Part shown: one piece after another, positions 19,993-32,645 of the stretch | Numbering within the stretch: position 1 is the first letter of the stretch | Layout of the letters: every line of letters begins with the position of its first letter | NCBI GenBank assembly: GCA_963817895.1 | Contig: CAWFQB010000005.1 | Span: forward strand, 224,001 to 288,000 | Direction of reading: 5' to 3' | Source of the DNA: an uncultured Chthonomonadaceae bacterium | GTDB lineage: Bacteria > Armatimonadota > Chthonomonadetes > Chthonomonadales > Chthonomonadaceae | DNA: 64,000 nt | Notes under the pieces: generated by a model | What the model saw: only the letters and a program-made list of their open reading frames with translations | Databases searched by the model: none | Told to the model about the DNA's origin: nothing | Program-made: the position numbers and the translations under genes

Positions 19993-21213
19993 TTACTCCA
20001 GCACATGGGCGATGGCGTTACAGATGGCGGGCAGGTTTTTGGCGTTCATGGCGGCCACGCAGATGCGCCCGCTGTCCACGATATACAGACTGGACTCGCC
20101 CCGCAGTTTGTGAACCTGTTCGCGAGTCAGGCCGGAATAGGAGAACATGCCCTTCTGATGCGCGATGAAGCCGAAATCCTGCCGAACATTGCGCTCCTGC
20201 AAGCCCTGAACAAACAGGTCGCGCATACGCTGGATGCGGTTGCGCATTTCGGCCAGTTCCGATTCCCACAGGGTTCGCAGTTCGGCGTCGGCCAGAATCA
20301 GCGCAACCACGTTCGCGCCGTGCGACGCGGGGCTGGAATAGTTGGTGCGAATCACGCGCTTCAGCTGGCTCAAGACCCGTTTCGCTTCGCCCTCATCTGC
20401 GGTCACAATGGTCAATGCGCCGTCGCGTTCCCGGTACAGCGAAAACGATTTGGAAAACGAGTTGGCGATCAGGCAGGGGATGCCCGCGCTGGCAAACGCG
20501 CGAACCGCGTAAGCGTCCTCTTCCAATCCCGCGCCAAAGCCCTGATACGCGAAATCCAGATAGGGAATCAGGTCGGTGTTCTGAAAGAGTTCGACGAGCG
20601 TATCCCATTGCGCCGGGGTCAGGTCCGCGCCGGTCGGGTTGTGGCAGCAGGCGTGAAGCACGATGATGCTTTGCGCGGGCAAGCCTTTCAGCGCGGCCAC
20701 CATGCCGTCGAAATCCACGCCATGCGTTTGCGGGTCATAGTACGGGTAGGTCTGCACGGTGAAATTCGCCGCCTCGAACAGGGCGCGATGGTTTTCCCAA
20801 CTCGGATCGCTGATGTAAATGTTGGATTCGGGGAAGAAGCGGCGCAGAAAGTCCGCGCCCACTTTCAGCGCGCCCGTGCCGCCCAACGCCTGTATCGTTA
20901 CGGCCCGCTTTTCCGCCAGAAGGGGCGAGTCCGCGCCGAAAAGCAACTGCTGCACCTGTTTGTTGTACGCGGGTACGCCGTCAATGGGCAGGTAGCTTTT
21001 GGAGTCCTCGCGCTCGTGCCAGCGCGTTTCCGCTTCGCGCACGGCTTTCAGCACCGGCACTTTGCCGTTGTCGTCCTGATACACGCCCACGCCCAGGTTC
21101 ACTTTGGCGGGATTCGTATCGGCATTAAAGGCTTCCGTCAAGCCCAAAATCGGGTCGGCGGGAGCCTGCGCAATGTTATGGAAAGGGGACAGCATCGTTG
21201 TCGTCATGGTCAA
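19993..21213 (-). CDS. tyrB: aspartate/aromatic amino acid aminotransferase (AspC/TyrB family)
   Basis: APADPILGL, KVNLGVGVY, LHACCHNPTG, DFAYQGFG, SFSKSFSLY. Confidence 0.9.
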   Translation of the reverse strand: MTMTTTMLSPFHNIAQAPADPILGLTEAFNADTNPAKVNLGVGVYQDDNGKVPVLKAVREAETRWHEREDSKSYLPIDGVPAYNKQVQQLLFGADSPLLAEKRAVTIQALGGTGALKVGADFLRRFFPESNIYISDPSWENHRALFEAANFTVQTYPYYDPQTHGVDFDGMVAALKGLPAQSIIVLHACCHNPTGADLTPAQWDTLVELFQNTDLIPYLDFAYQGFGAGLEEDAYAVRAFASAGIPCLIANSFSKSFSLYRERDGALTIVTADEGEAKRVLSQLKRVIRTNYSSPASHGANVVALILADAELRTLWESELAEMRNRIQRMRDLFVQGLQERNVRQDFGFIAHQKGMFSYSGLTREQVHKLRGESSLYIVDSGRICVAAMNAKNLPAICNAIAHVLE

Positions 21214-21869
21214 GGTTTCCTTTAATCGTAATTTCTTCTGAAGCGCTTACTTGCCGCATTCTGTCGGCAATTTCGTTGTCAAGGGCATGCCCGCTCTGTC
21301 GTAAGTGCGCGATAACACTCTCACGGTCTTCCGGTGAGCGGTTCTGGCTGAGTTTGAATTTGCCTTCCAGTCGCGTCAGGGCAATTTCAATTCCGACAAT
21401 GCCGCGAACCATGCCGTCCAGATAGTTTGAAGGCAGTTCCTGCATCGTCCAGGGCTGCGCAAAGCCGGATTCGTATACGCTTACCGTATCTTCAGAGCGT
21501 GTCCCGCAACTCCTCTTCGGAAAGCAGGCGCGGCAGGCCGTAAGCATGAACCACAGCGTAATTCCAGGTGGGTACGCTTGGATGTTTGACGTGCCACGAC
21601 GGAGAAATATAGGCGTGAGGTCCCTGAAACAGCGTCAAAACTTCCCGCGTTTCGGAAAGCATGCGCCATTGCGGATTTGCAAGCGCGACATGCGTTCGCA
21701 AAACGCCATGTTCGCCGCGTTCGGCATCCAGCACAAACGGCAGGTGACTTGCGAACAGTTCACCGCCTGTATCCATTGACTGCGTAATCAACGTGGCAAA
21801 ACTGAATTGCCGCATCAGGTCGCGCAGAACGGCGCGATTTTGTTCGTGAAACCAGACGGGAATGTACAT
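21176..21869 (-). CDS. paiB: FMN-binding negative transcriptional regulator (PaiB family); frameshift near 21493
   Basis: MYIP, ASHLPF, FQGPHAYISPSW, VPTWNYAVVHAYG, GKFKLSQNR in two frames. Confidence 0.85.
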
Positions 21870-22098
21870 GGATGATCCAAAAGCATCGGCAAACGCGCGT
21901 AAGGAACGCGCATGTTGGTATTGGATTATTAGTATACCTGTCTTCCCGTTCAATCTTTGCCATTGAAAGCGTGACGCCGCGAACGGGGTTTCGCCTGCTA
22001 TGAGGTATCATAAGAGAGTGCTGCGCTGTCGGTCGGTTCACGACGTTATGCCCGACTGCGCAGTTCCGAAAACCCAGGAAGGTTTATTATTGTCAGCT

Positions 22099-23751
22099 AT
22101 GCAGATTGAGCGCGAAACACAAAGCGCAACGGTTCCGCCTGCCCACGCGATTTCCCCCATCGGTCCCTCGCGCCGCCGCGCAATCATTACTATTGGACTG
22201 ATGCTAGGGATGCTGATCGCCGCGATGGAAAGCACCGTGATTTCTACGGCCATGCCAACCGTGATCGGCGACCTGCACGGCATCCATCTGTATTCGTGGG
22301 TGTTTTCCGCCTATCTGCTGACCAGCACCACCACGGTCCCCATTTACGGCAAACTGGCCGACCTGTTTGGCCGCCGCCGCATTTTCCTCATCGCCGCCGG
22401 TATTTTTCTGATCGGCTCCATGCTGTCCGGCGCGGCCCATTCCATGCCGCAACTGATCGCGTTTCGCGCCCTGCAAGGGCTGGGCGCGGGCGGCGTTTTG
22501 CCGATTACGCTGACCATCATTGGCGACCTGTATACCGCCGGGGAACGCGCCCGCGTGCAGGGATTGTTTACCGGCATGTGGGGGCTTGCCAGCCTGTCCG
22601 GGCCGATCCTGGGAGCCGTGTTGACGGAACAGCTTTCGTGGCGATGGGTGTTTTACGTGAATTTGCCGTTCGGCCTGCTTGCCATGTTGCTTGTCGGCGG
22701 ATTTTTGCGCGAACCGAAGGGCGCGGGCAACGGGAGCGAAGGCCAGAAGGCGCGTATTGATTACGGGGGATTGGTTCTGCTGACGGGCGCGGTTGTCGCG
22801 CTGTTGTGGCTGCTGCTGCAATTGGGAACCGGGCTTTCCCTGTTCGCGCCCCCGGTTTTCGCCCTGCTGCTGCTGACGGTCGCGTTGATTGCGCTGTTTC
22901 TGCGGCAGGAGAAGCGCGCGCCGGAACCGCTTTTGCCACTTGACATTGTTCCGCCATCCCATCATTGCCGCGTCCACCGTGGGCAACATTCTTATCGGCA
23001 CGATGATGTACTCCATAGACAGCTACATGCCGCTGTTCATGCAGGGCGTTCGGGGCGGCACGGCCCACAGCGCCAGTCTGGTTTTGACGCCTCTGGTGCT
23101 TGCTGTGGTCGCTGTCGGCGTATGCGGGCGCAAAGGCGCTGGAGCGTTTCGGGTTTGCCCGCGTGGCGATGTTCGGCGTCACCTGTATCCTGCTTGCCTC
23201 CCTCAGCCTGACGCTGATTTCGGCGCAAACGCCTGTGCCCGTGATTGTCGGTATCATGGCGCTGTTGGGAACGGGGATGGGGCCGAGCAGCATGGCTTTT
23301 CTGGTGTCAGCGCAAAACGCGGTTGCCGTGGCAGCAGCGCGGCGTGGTCACGGCCTCCGCGCAATTTTTCCGCATGGTCAGCGGCACTGTGGGCGTGGGC
23401 GCGTTGGGAGCCGTGCTGAACGCGCATCTCATCGGCGCGATTGGAAAGCCTTCCCGTAACTTTACGCCCAACGATCTGCTCAACGTGGAAGCGCGGGCGC
23501 GCTTATCTCCAACCCTGCTTGCTCTGGCGGAACATGCCCTCGCGGACGGGCTGCACCGCGTTTTTCTGCTGTTGTCCGCGCTGGCGTTGGTTGCTTTTGT
23601 TCGTGTCATGCAGCTTACGGCAAAAAGCCATTTGCTGGAGTCTTCACGGGAACAAACTCTTGCCGCTACGGAAACACAGGCAGTTTCCAAAACCTCGGAC
23701 GCCAGGGAGAATGAAACAAGCAAATTCGCGGTTTCGCAGGGTGGGGAATGA
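22099..23751 (+). CDS. DHA2/EmrB-QacA MFS drug transporter; about 3 frameshifts
   Basis: TIGLMLGMLIAAMESTVISTAMP, GKLADLFGRR, FRALQGLGAGG, WRWVFYVNLPFG; continues through ORFs at 22889, 23100 and 23245. Confidence 0.87.
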
Positions 23752-24033
23752 GCGTATCCTCCTGAAAATAAATTTTGGGAAAGTTAATACCTGATTTTAA
23801 GTTACTGTATACGTAACATGCGCTATTGTGTTATAATGGTATTCAGCCCATGCCACAATACAGGGTTGGACGGTTTGTGATTACATCCCCAAAATTTCTC
23901 TAATATGTTCACATAACAGCCGTCTTTTTGTATACGCTCCGCCTTAATAAGCGGATGTTACGCTTCATCACAGTTGAAACACGCGCTTGAGTTACCGTTG
24001 AATACGGGCGCTATACCTGGTTCGGAAGACACA

Positions 24034-24648
24034 ATGCAGGACAATGACGCCTGCGCGCTGAATTGCCGGGAATCCGGTTCCGGCAAAATATCAGACGTCC
24101 GTGTACGGACGCGGAAGGGTGGGAGATTGGAAGCAATACAGGGTCAAGAGAGGCGCCGCAAATATATCGGCGTGGGCGGGGACGACGTGCCCTCGCTGGG
24201 TGTGCTGGAGGGCGACATTCTGCGCCTGTTGTGGGACGCGGGCGAGCCGCAGTCTTCGGTACAGGTTTATGAGGCGATGCACTTTGCGCGGCGGCGCGAA
24301 AAACGGGAGATGCAGTCTCCCTCCACCATCGCCGTAACGCTGAGTCGCATGGTGGAAAAGGGCCTGCTCACCGTTGAGCGACGCCCGCGCGGCGGCAAAG
24401 GCTATTATGGCCCAACGCGCACCCGCGCCGAAGTGGTTGCCGATGTTATGGACGACGTCAGCCGCCGTCTGACCGGCCAGCCATTGGGGTTCATCCTGAC
24501 GCGCCTTCATGCGGAAGTGGCCGGCAAGAAAGTGTCTGCCGCCGATGCGGCGGGCATGAGCGCGGGATTGCAGGAACTGATTGCCGCGCTGCGCAAACTG
24601 GAGGAAGAGGACAATCAGCCTCTGCCCATCGAAGTGGAAAAGTATTAA
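24034..24648 (+). CDS. BlaI/MecI/CopY-family winged-helix regulator
   Basis: LGVLEGDILRLLW, STIAVTLSRMVEKGLL; start uncertain. Confidence 0.75.
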   Translation: MQDNDACALNCRESGSGKISDVRVRTRKGGRLEAIQGQERRRKYIGVGGDDVPSLGVLEGDILRLLWDAGEPQSSVQVYEAMHFARRREKREMQSPSTIAVTLSRMVEKGLLTVERRPRGGKGYYGPTRTRAEVVADVMDDVSRRLTGQPLGFILTRLHAEVAGKKVSAADAAGMSAGLQELIAALRKLEEEDNQPLPIEVEKY

Positions 24649-24652
24649 AATT

Positions 24653-24715
24653 AGTGAGAGTGGAGAGTGAGAGTGAGAGGACACATACTCTTTCTCTCAC
24701 TCTCCACGTCTCACT
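24653..24715. repeat. inverted-repeat element with GTGAGA/GTGGAGA periodic arms
   Basis: AGTGAGAGTGGAGAGTGAGAG paired with CTCTCACTCTCCACGTCTCACT, between convergent genes. Confidence 0.75.
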
Positions 24716-25438
24716 TCCTACAGCACGTTCCGCCGGTTTTCGCGGTTGCGCTCGACGCGCTTCCCGACAGGCTGAACTCGCCCAGATTGGCGTTTACGCC
24801 CTCATACTGAAGTTTGTTGCCCAGCGCGTCCGTGTAGGCAAAGCGCGTGGTCTTGCCCTTGATGAAGCGACGAACCGGCCAGGTCGTGTTGTTTTCCACC
24901 ACAATCGGGTTTTTGCCGTCCGCGCCAATCAGCACATCCGCCGTAAACCCGCCGCTTGTCGCCAAACTCCAACCGAAACGCGGCCGGAGCTGTCTTCCGT
25001 CACCAGTTTTACGGTTGTGAACGAACGCGGCCCCGATGACGCCCCGCCCTTGCCGAATACGGCCAGCGCCAGTTTTTCCAGCGCGGGACGCTGCGCGTTT
25101 GTGGCGCGCGAATCCACAAAGCCCATCGCGCCTTTATCGCCTTCGCCGCCGCCAAACACCAGCCCATCCAGCGTCACGCCGTTGTAACGCGCCGTTTTCA
25201 GCCGGTAGGCATAAATAGTATGGCAAAACCCGCGCGACGGCGGCTGCCCAAAGTTGCACGGACACGGCACGCTGCACGAACACGCCTCAAACAGCGTTCC
25301 TTTCGCCGTCCATTCCGATGTTTGCTTCGCTTCCATCCGGCGTGGCGCGTTTCCAGCCTGCGCCGAAGTGTGCGGCAGCATCAGCAACGCAGCCCCGCCC
25401 AACCCCGCCATTCTTATGACAGCGTTCCCTCTTCTCAT
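24711..25438 (-). CDS. DUF1326-like Cys-rich protein with signal peptide; frameshift near 24970
   Basis: GTLFEACSCSVPCPC...GFC, YNGVTLDGL, VDSRATNAQRPAL. Confidence 0.75.
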
Positions 25439-25594
25439 GCTATGTCCCGCCGTTTCTTGAAGATGCTCAATTTCAGTATTCCTACAGGTATTATATCAGA
25501 TAGCGCAGTTGTATGCGCAAACGCGCCACCCGTCACGACGCTCTATTACTCCCCCAACGTTCCACAGATTAACGAGATTGAGAGGAACAAAGAC

Positions 25595-26083
25595 ATGCTG
25601 CCATCCTTTGCCATGAAGTATGTGTTGACCGGATTGGAAGGGACGCCGGAAGTTGTGGAGGCTCTGCTTCACGCTTTGCCCGCCAATGATCCGCGCTGGG
25701 ATTTACGCCCCGACCCCGAACGCTTCACGTTGCGCGAGATTGTGGCGCATCTGGCGGATTGGGAGCCGATTTTCTCAGGGCGCATCGAGCGTATTCGGGA
25801 TGAAGCAACGCCCTTTCTGCCCGATATAGACGAGGGCGAGATCGCCATCCAGAACGACTATGCCCATAGCGACCCGCGCGCCTGTTTAGCCCGCTTTCAC
25901 GCGGGACGCGCCACAATGCTGGCAACTCTGCGCGGCGTTGTCCCTTCCGCATGGGCGCGAACGGGCAACCGCGACCCCATCGGCATCCTGACGCTGGAAA
26001 ATTTGGTCGTGCTTATCCTCGGACACGACAGCTACCATACCCGGCAAATCGCGCAATGGCAGACAGCAAAGGATGAAGGATGA
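25595..26083 (+). CDS. DinB family protein
   Basis: FTLREIVAHLADWE, GHDSYHTRQI; AGAGG RBS. Confidence 0.85.
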   Translation: MLPSFAMKYVLTGLEGTPEVVEALLHALPANDPRWDLRPDPERFTLREIVAHLADWEPIFSGRIERIRDEATPFLPDIDEGEIAIQNDYAHSDPRACLARFHAGRATMLATLRGVVPSAWARTGNRDPIGILTLENLVVLILGHDSYHTRQIAQWQTAKDEG

Positions 26084-26152
26084 AGGATGAATCTGGCCGC
26101 GTGGTTTGTTTTCGCCTGTTGCGCCCTCTTTTCTTTCAGGAGATTGCTTCTT

Positions 26153-28329
26153 ATGTTGACACGTTCCGCCTTTCGTTTCGGGCTGACGCTGGCCTGTTTC
26201 GGTCCGGCTTTTCTACTCTTTATCCCGCTTCACGCTCAGAACGCTTCTTCGCCGCCCTCGCCTGCTGTATCCGCGCCAGGACGATTTCACCGCTCGGCTG
26301 GCAAAAGTGCAGAAAGACCTTGGACGCGAAACGCGAAGAGTTCCATGTTCCCGGCGCGGCGCTCGTGATTGTCAAAGACGATAAAATCGTTGCTATTCAG
26401 GGCATGGGGCTGCGCGATGTGGAGCATAAATTGCCCGTAACGCCGCAAACCCTGTTCGCCATCGGCTCTTCCACCAAAGCGTTTACCGCCATGACCGCGC
26501 TGATGAGCGTGGACGACGGCAAACTGTCCCTTTCCGATTCGCCCCGCAAATACCTGCCCTACTTCAAACTGAAAGACCCGGACGCGGACGCGAAAATCAC
26601 GGTCAGCGATCTGCTCTGCCATCGCTCCGGTCTGGACCGCACCGAACTGGCCTGGTACACGGGCAAACTCGCCCGCAGGAAGTGATTCAGGTGGCGGGCG
26701 AAGCGAGGCCGACGGCGAAACTCGGCGAAAAATTTCAGTACCAGAACGTGATGTTTCTGGCCGCCGGGGAAGTGGTTGCCGGGGCGCAGGAGCGTCCCTG
26801 GGCGGACGTGGTGAAAGACCGCATTTTCAAGCCGCTCGGCATGAGGGACACCACGCTTTCCGTACGCGAGATGCTGAAGCGCAGGGATTTCTCGCGGGGC
26901 TACGGGTACAACGGCGCGACAAAGGCCACGCGCCTGCTTCCCACCCGCGACATCAGCGTGATCGCGCCCGCCGGAGCCATCAATTCCGACGCGCAGGACA
27001 TGGCGCAATGGCTGCGCCTGATGCTGGGAAGCGGCAAAATCGGCGATAAGCGGCTGCTGTCGGAAGCGAGTTTTAATCAACTGGTCACGCCCCACATGAA
27101 CGTAGGCGGGGGAATGAACTACGGTTACGGCTGGTTCCTGCGCGACTGGCACGGGCATAAGGTGGTGGAGCATGGCGGCAACATAGACGGCTTTTCCACT
27201 GCCGTTGCCCTGATGCCCGATCAGAACCTCGGCTTCGTCCTGCTGACCAACCTGAACAACACGCCCCTGCAAGGCTTGTCGCCTGGATATTGTGTGGAAC
27301 GACCTGCTCGGCGCTCCCGCTGCGCCCACGCCCGCAGATACCGCTGCGGCTCCCACCGCGCCCGTCGGCGATCCGACCAGAGAAGTCGGCTCCTACGCCC
27401 TGCTCCCGAAGATGGACCTCAACGTCACGCTGAACAACGGCAAGCTGTTCATGCAGCCGACCGGACAACCCCTGCTGCTCCTGAAAAATGTGGGCGGGCG
27501 GCGCTATACGGTAGATGTGCCGGGCGTGACGGGCATTTTCCTGACGTTCCGGCCCGCTGACAACGCTCCCAACGCGACGGAACTCCTGTTCGAGCAGGGT
27601 GAGGCCAAAATGGTCGCCAAAGCGAAAGCCGCCGCGCCCGCTTTTGTGCCGCCGATCTCCGTAGAGGAGTTAATGGCGAAAGCGATTGAAGCCGAAGGCG
27701 GCGAGGCTAACCTGCGCAGGCACAAAAGCATGTTGTCGCGCACAACGCTGGAAATGCCCGGTCAGGGTCTGGTTGGCGAAGGCCTGGTATATAAACGCGC
27801 TCCCTGCCAGAGCGCGGAAATTATCACGCTGCGGGCGGCGGGCAAAAAAATCGCCACCATGCGCAAGTTCTTCGACGGCGCACAGGGGGGCGACGAAAGC
27901 AGTTTCACCGTTTCCACACCCCTGAGCGATGCAAACATCAACGATGCCCGTATCAGCGCGGACTTTTATCGTCAATTGAACTGGAAAACCACCTTCAAAT
28001 CCGTTGTCATCAAAGCGATTGCGAAAGTTGGCGACGAGGAAGCGTATGTTGTTGAGAGTACGCCCGAAAAAGGCAATTCCATCATCGAGCGCTACTCCAC
28101 CAAAACGTTTCTGCTGCTTCAGCGCGAAACGCAGGCAACCAACCCGGAGCTGGGCATCACCCTGACGAGCGTTGCCACGTACAGCGACTACCGGCCTGTA
28201 GATGGCGTGATGCTTGCCTTCAAACTCGTGGAAACCGCTTCGGGCAGCGAAACGACCACGCGGGTCAAAGAGATAAAATTCGACGCGCCCCTTCCCGACA
28301 GCGTGTTTCGGGCAGCGGGCAAAAAATAG
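26153..28329 (+). CDS. secreted serine hydrolase (class C beta-lactamase/peptidase S12 family) with extra C-terminal domains; about 3 frameshifts
   Basis: AGGAG RBS and signal peptide; SSTK, DLLCHRSG, YQN, HGGNIDGF spread over ORFs 26080, 26682 and 27292. Confidence 0.85.
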
Positions 28330-28413
28330 CCCCTTTCCCGACTTTGGGAAAGGGGGCGTGTAAGAATGAATTAGCCCCTCTCCCAAAGTTGGGAGAGGGG
28401 TTGGGGTGAGGGC
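28329..28413 (+). repeat. tandem REP-like hairpins
   Basis: GCCCCTTTCCC...GGGAAAGGGGGC and GCCCCTCTCCC...GGGAGAGGGGTTGGGGTGAGGGC. Confidence 0.7.
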
Positions 28414-28438
28414 CTGTACAGGCAACAAGGAGATTTTT

Positions 28439-29428
<990 letters not shown>

Positions 29429-29500
29429 AAGTGGAGAGTGAGAGTGAAGAGTGAGAGAAGATACCTGTTTACTCTCACTCTTCACTCTCACTCTCCACTT
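29429..29500. repeat. perfect 29-bp inverted repeat with GTGAGA-type arms, overlapping the MFS 3' end
   Basis: AAGTGGAGAGTGAGAGTGAAGAGTGAGAG (29429-29457) and its reverse complement (29472-29500). Confidence 0.85.
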
Positions 29501-30725
29501 GTGAATACTTTCTTATTTGCGGCCAGCGCAGGGCGGCTAAAGCGACAACGAGTATTGTGCCGATGCCGCCGCTGACGACCGTGAAAATGGGCGTGGTGCA
29601 CTGCGCGACAACGCCGGACTCGAAGCCGCCGATTTCGTTGGAGGAACTGATGAAAACGCTGTTGACGGCATTGACGCGCCCGCGCATTTCGTTGGGCGTC
29701 AGGGTTTGAACGAGAGTTTGCCGGACGACCACGCTGACCATATCCAGCGCGCCCACGCCGAACAGGGCCACAAGCGACAGAGATAGCGAACGGGACAGGC
29801 CGAAGACGATGGTTGCCACGCCGAAGCCCGCCACGGCCCACAACATGGCGCGACCGGGAAAGCGGAACGGGCGCAGGTGCGCCAGCATCAGCGCGGTAAG
29901 CAATGCGCCCGCAGAGGGCGCGGCCCGGAGCCATCCCAACACGTCCGGGCCGGTATGAAGAATGTCGTGGGCATAAATGGGCATCATGGTTGTCGCGCCG
30001 CCGAGCAGCACGGCGAACAGGTCGAGCGTGATGGTGGCGAAAACAATGGGCGTGTGGCGAATGTATTCCACGCCCGCAATCAGGGTTTTCCATGTCGCCC
30101 GCTCTTTGCCCGAAGGCGCGGGCGCGTGTTCGGCAACAAAACCCAGCAGCAACGCGCTGAATACGCCGAACCCCGCCGTTGTCGCGTACACAATCCAGGC
30201 ATGGCGGCTCCATGCCAGCAGCCACCCGCCGACCGCCGCGCCCGACATCACGGCAATACGGCGTATACTGGTGTCCCACGAAATCGCGTTTGGCAGCAGG
30301 GCGGGCGTCACGAGTTGCGGCAGCAAGGCTCCTCGCGCCGGGTTGCCGAACGTGCGGCACGCGCTTGCGGCAAACAGACACAGATAAAACCAACTAATAT
30401 TGGCGTGAACTGCGGACAGTCGGGCGAGAAGCAGGCTGCAAACGCAGACCGCGATTTGCGCCACAATGGCGATCCGCTTGCGCGAGTAGCGATCCGCCGT
30501 ATGCCCCGCATGAAGCGCGAATAGAAATATCGGCAGCGCCTGCGCCAAACCAACATACCCCAGCGTCAGCGGCTTGTTCGTGCGCAGGTATAAATCCCAT
30601 CCGATCACCACGCCCTGCATAGACTCGCCCAACCCCGATAGATTCCGGCCCAGAACAAATGCGCGGAATTCGCGCAGCCGCAGCGCGGCATAGGGATCAT
30701 GGCTGTCTCGCATCGCATCACGCAC
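29475..30725 (-). CDS. MFS transporter (EntS/DHA3-like)
   Basis: About 12 hydrophobic segments, GHTADRYSRKR, LDLFAVLLGGA, TPNEMRGRVNAVNSVFI. Confidence 0.9.
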   Translation of the reverse strand: MRDAMRDSHDPYAALRLREFRAFVLGRNLSGLGESMQGVVIGWDLYLRTNKPLTLGYVGLAQALPIFLFALHAGHTADRYSRKRIAIVAQIAVCVCSLLLARLSAVHANISWFYLCLFAASACRTFGNPARGALLPQLVTPALLPNAISWDTSIRRIAVMSGAAVGGWLLAWSRHAWIVYATTAGFGVFSALLLGFVAEHAPAPSGKERATWKTLIAGVEYIRHTPIVFATITLDLFAVLLGGATTMMPIYAHDILHTGPDVLGWLRAAPSAGALLTALMLAHLRPFRFPGRAMLWAVAGFGVATIVFGLSRSLSLSLVALFGVGALDMVSVVVRQTLVQTLTPNEMRGRVNAVNSVFISSSNEIGGFESGVVAQCTTPIFTVVSGGIGTILVVALAALRWPQIRKYSQVESESEE

Positions 30726-30818
30726 TCATCTGCTCCCTAAAGAAAAAGGTTTGCTTTCGCGCAGGTATCACTTTTATTACGCCACGCGCCGAAACTTTTG
30801 CAGCACACGAAACCCTCG

Positions 30819-32504
30819 CTAATGTGGAACCATGAGGGTGAAGGGGTACACATAGGCTTGCAGCAGGACGAGCAGGCCCATAATCACCGCCAGAATGATG
30901 CTGTGGCGCAGAACCACTTTGAAAATGTCGGCTTCCGTGCCGATGCGTTCCGTTGCGGCAGTGGCGACGCAGATGGATTGCGCGTCTATCATTTTGCCCA
31001 TCACGCCGCCCGAAGAGTTCGCCACGCAAATCAGAACCGGATTAAGATGCAGTTGCAGGGCGGTGATCTTTTGCAAGCTGCCGAACAGAGCGTTGCTGCC
31101 CGCGTCCGTGCCGGTCAGGAACACGCCGAGCCAGCCAAGCAGGGCCGCGAAAAACGGATAAAACACGCCCGTATTCTTAAACGCCATGCCCAGCGTCGCG
31201 TCCAGTCCGCCAAGCCGCGTGATGGAACCCAAACCAAGCATGAATACAATGGTGGGAATGGGAACCCGCATCTGCTGCGCGGTTCGGTTGAGGGACGCTT
31301 GCAGTTGCGGGCGCGTCACTCTCAGCAGGGGCAGAATGACCAGCAGGGACAGCGCGACCGACGTTCCGGGCGTGGTAATCCAGTTCAGTTTGAAAACAGC
31401 GGCTTCCAGCGTGTTGGTTTCCACAACCGGAGGAACGCGCTGTACCTGCTTATCCAATCCGTGCAGATGCAGTTCGTACACGCCCTGAATCGGCCCGATG
31501 CGCAGGCCGTCCAGCCTCGCTTTGTTGGTTCCGATACCCACCATCAGGATGCAAAGCGCGATGAACGGCATCCACGCGGCCAGGGTCGCTTTCAGGCTGA
31601 CAGGCGGCGCGATATTCTCGCTGATCTGCCGCGCGGCAGTAAGGGCGTCGTTGCGCGAGTCAATGTCCCGCGCCTCGTACCGCCACATGCGCCGGGGCTT
31701 CCACACGCGCAGAAATCCGCCCGTGACCACAAGCGAAATCAGGCCGCCCGCCAGATCGGTGAGCGGATAATAGGGCGAGTGCGCGAAGATAAACTGGCAC
31801 AGCGCGAACGAGCCGCCCGCCACTGCAATCGCCGGAAACACTTCCCGCGTCTCTTTCCAGCCGCACATGCTGCGGACGAGCCACAGGGGAATGATACACG
31901 ACAAAAACGGCAGTTGGTTGCCCGCCATGTGGCTCAGAGCGCGAATGTCCAGCCCGGTCACGCCCTGCAAGGTGAGCAGCGGAGTCCCAAACCCGCCATA
32001 CGCGACGGGTGACGTATTGGCGATCAGGCACAAACACGCGGCCTGAAACGGCTTGAAACCCAACCCCACCAGCATCGCCGCGCAAATCGCGACGGGAGTT
32101 CCCGCCCCCGCCGCCCCTTCCAAAAACGCCCCGAAACAAAACGCGATAAGAACCGCCTGTAACCGATGATCCGGCGACAACCCGGCAACGGACTCCTTGA
32201 TACGCGCAAAGCAGCCGGTTTCTACCGTGATGTTGTACAGCAGCATCGCCCCCGCCAGCACATACCCGATGGGCAGCAAAGCGAACAACGCTCCATTCAT
32301 AAATGCCAGCGACGCCATGCGAACAGGCATCCCATACACCCAGACGGCCACCACAAAGGCAGCAATCGCGCCGCCCGCAGCCGCAAGCGGAACCGGGGCG
32401 CGTTTGACGACCAGAAGGGCAAACAACACCAATACAGGCAAAGCCGCCAATAAAATGCACAGCGGAACCGACGACAGTGGATGGTAGTTTTGGGTATAAA
32501 TCAT
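30819..32504 (-). CDS. lctP: L-lactate/glycolate permease (LctP family)
   Basis: DHRLQAVLIAFCFGAFLEGAAG, ANTSPVAYG, LTGTDAGSNALFG, GGVMGKMI. Confidence 0.92.
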   Translation of the reverse strand: MIYTQNYHPLSSVPLCILLAALPVLVLFALLVVKRAPVPLAAAGGAIAAFVVAVWVYGMPVRMASLAFMNGALFALLPIGYVLAGAMLLYNITVETGCFARIKESVAGLSPDHRLQAVLIAFCFGAFLEGAAGAGTPVAICAAMLVGLGFKPFQAACLCLIANTSPVAYGGFGTPLLTLQGVTGLDIRALSHMAGNQLPFLSCIIPLWLVRSMCGWKETREVFPAIAVAGGSFALCQFIFAHSPYYPLTDLAGGLISLVVTGGFLRVWKPRRMWRYEARDIDSRNDALTAARQISENIAPPVSLKATLAAWMPFIALCILMVGIGTNKARLDGLRIGPIQGVYELHLHGLDKQVQRVPPVVETNTLEAAVFKLNWITTPGTSVALSLLVILPLLRVTRPQLQASLNRTAQQMRVPIPTIVFMLGLGSITRLGGLDATLGMAFKNTGVFYPFFAALLGWLGVFLTGTDAGSNALFGSLQKITALQLHLNPVLICVANSSGGVMGKMIDAQSICVATAATERIGTEADIFKVVLRHSIILAVIMGLLVLLQAYVYPFTLMVPH

Positions 32505-32645
32505 GGGGACGCTTCTTTGCGTTAAATGTCAGATACAGCCGCTCCCGGCAAAGACGTAATGGTTGTGTGGTAGAGGATGATGTCGCAACAATGTTCGAGG
32601 GGGCGTCCACTTTCCGTATGTACAGAACAACGGTACATTAACCAG

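Noticed and set aside
22099..28329. MFS, DUF1326 and serine hydrolase as true pseudogenes
   Set aside because: Single-base indels with intact motifs fit sequencing error better.
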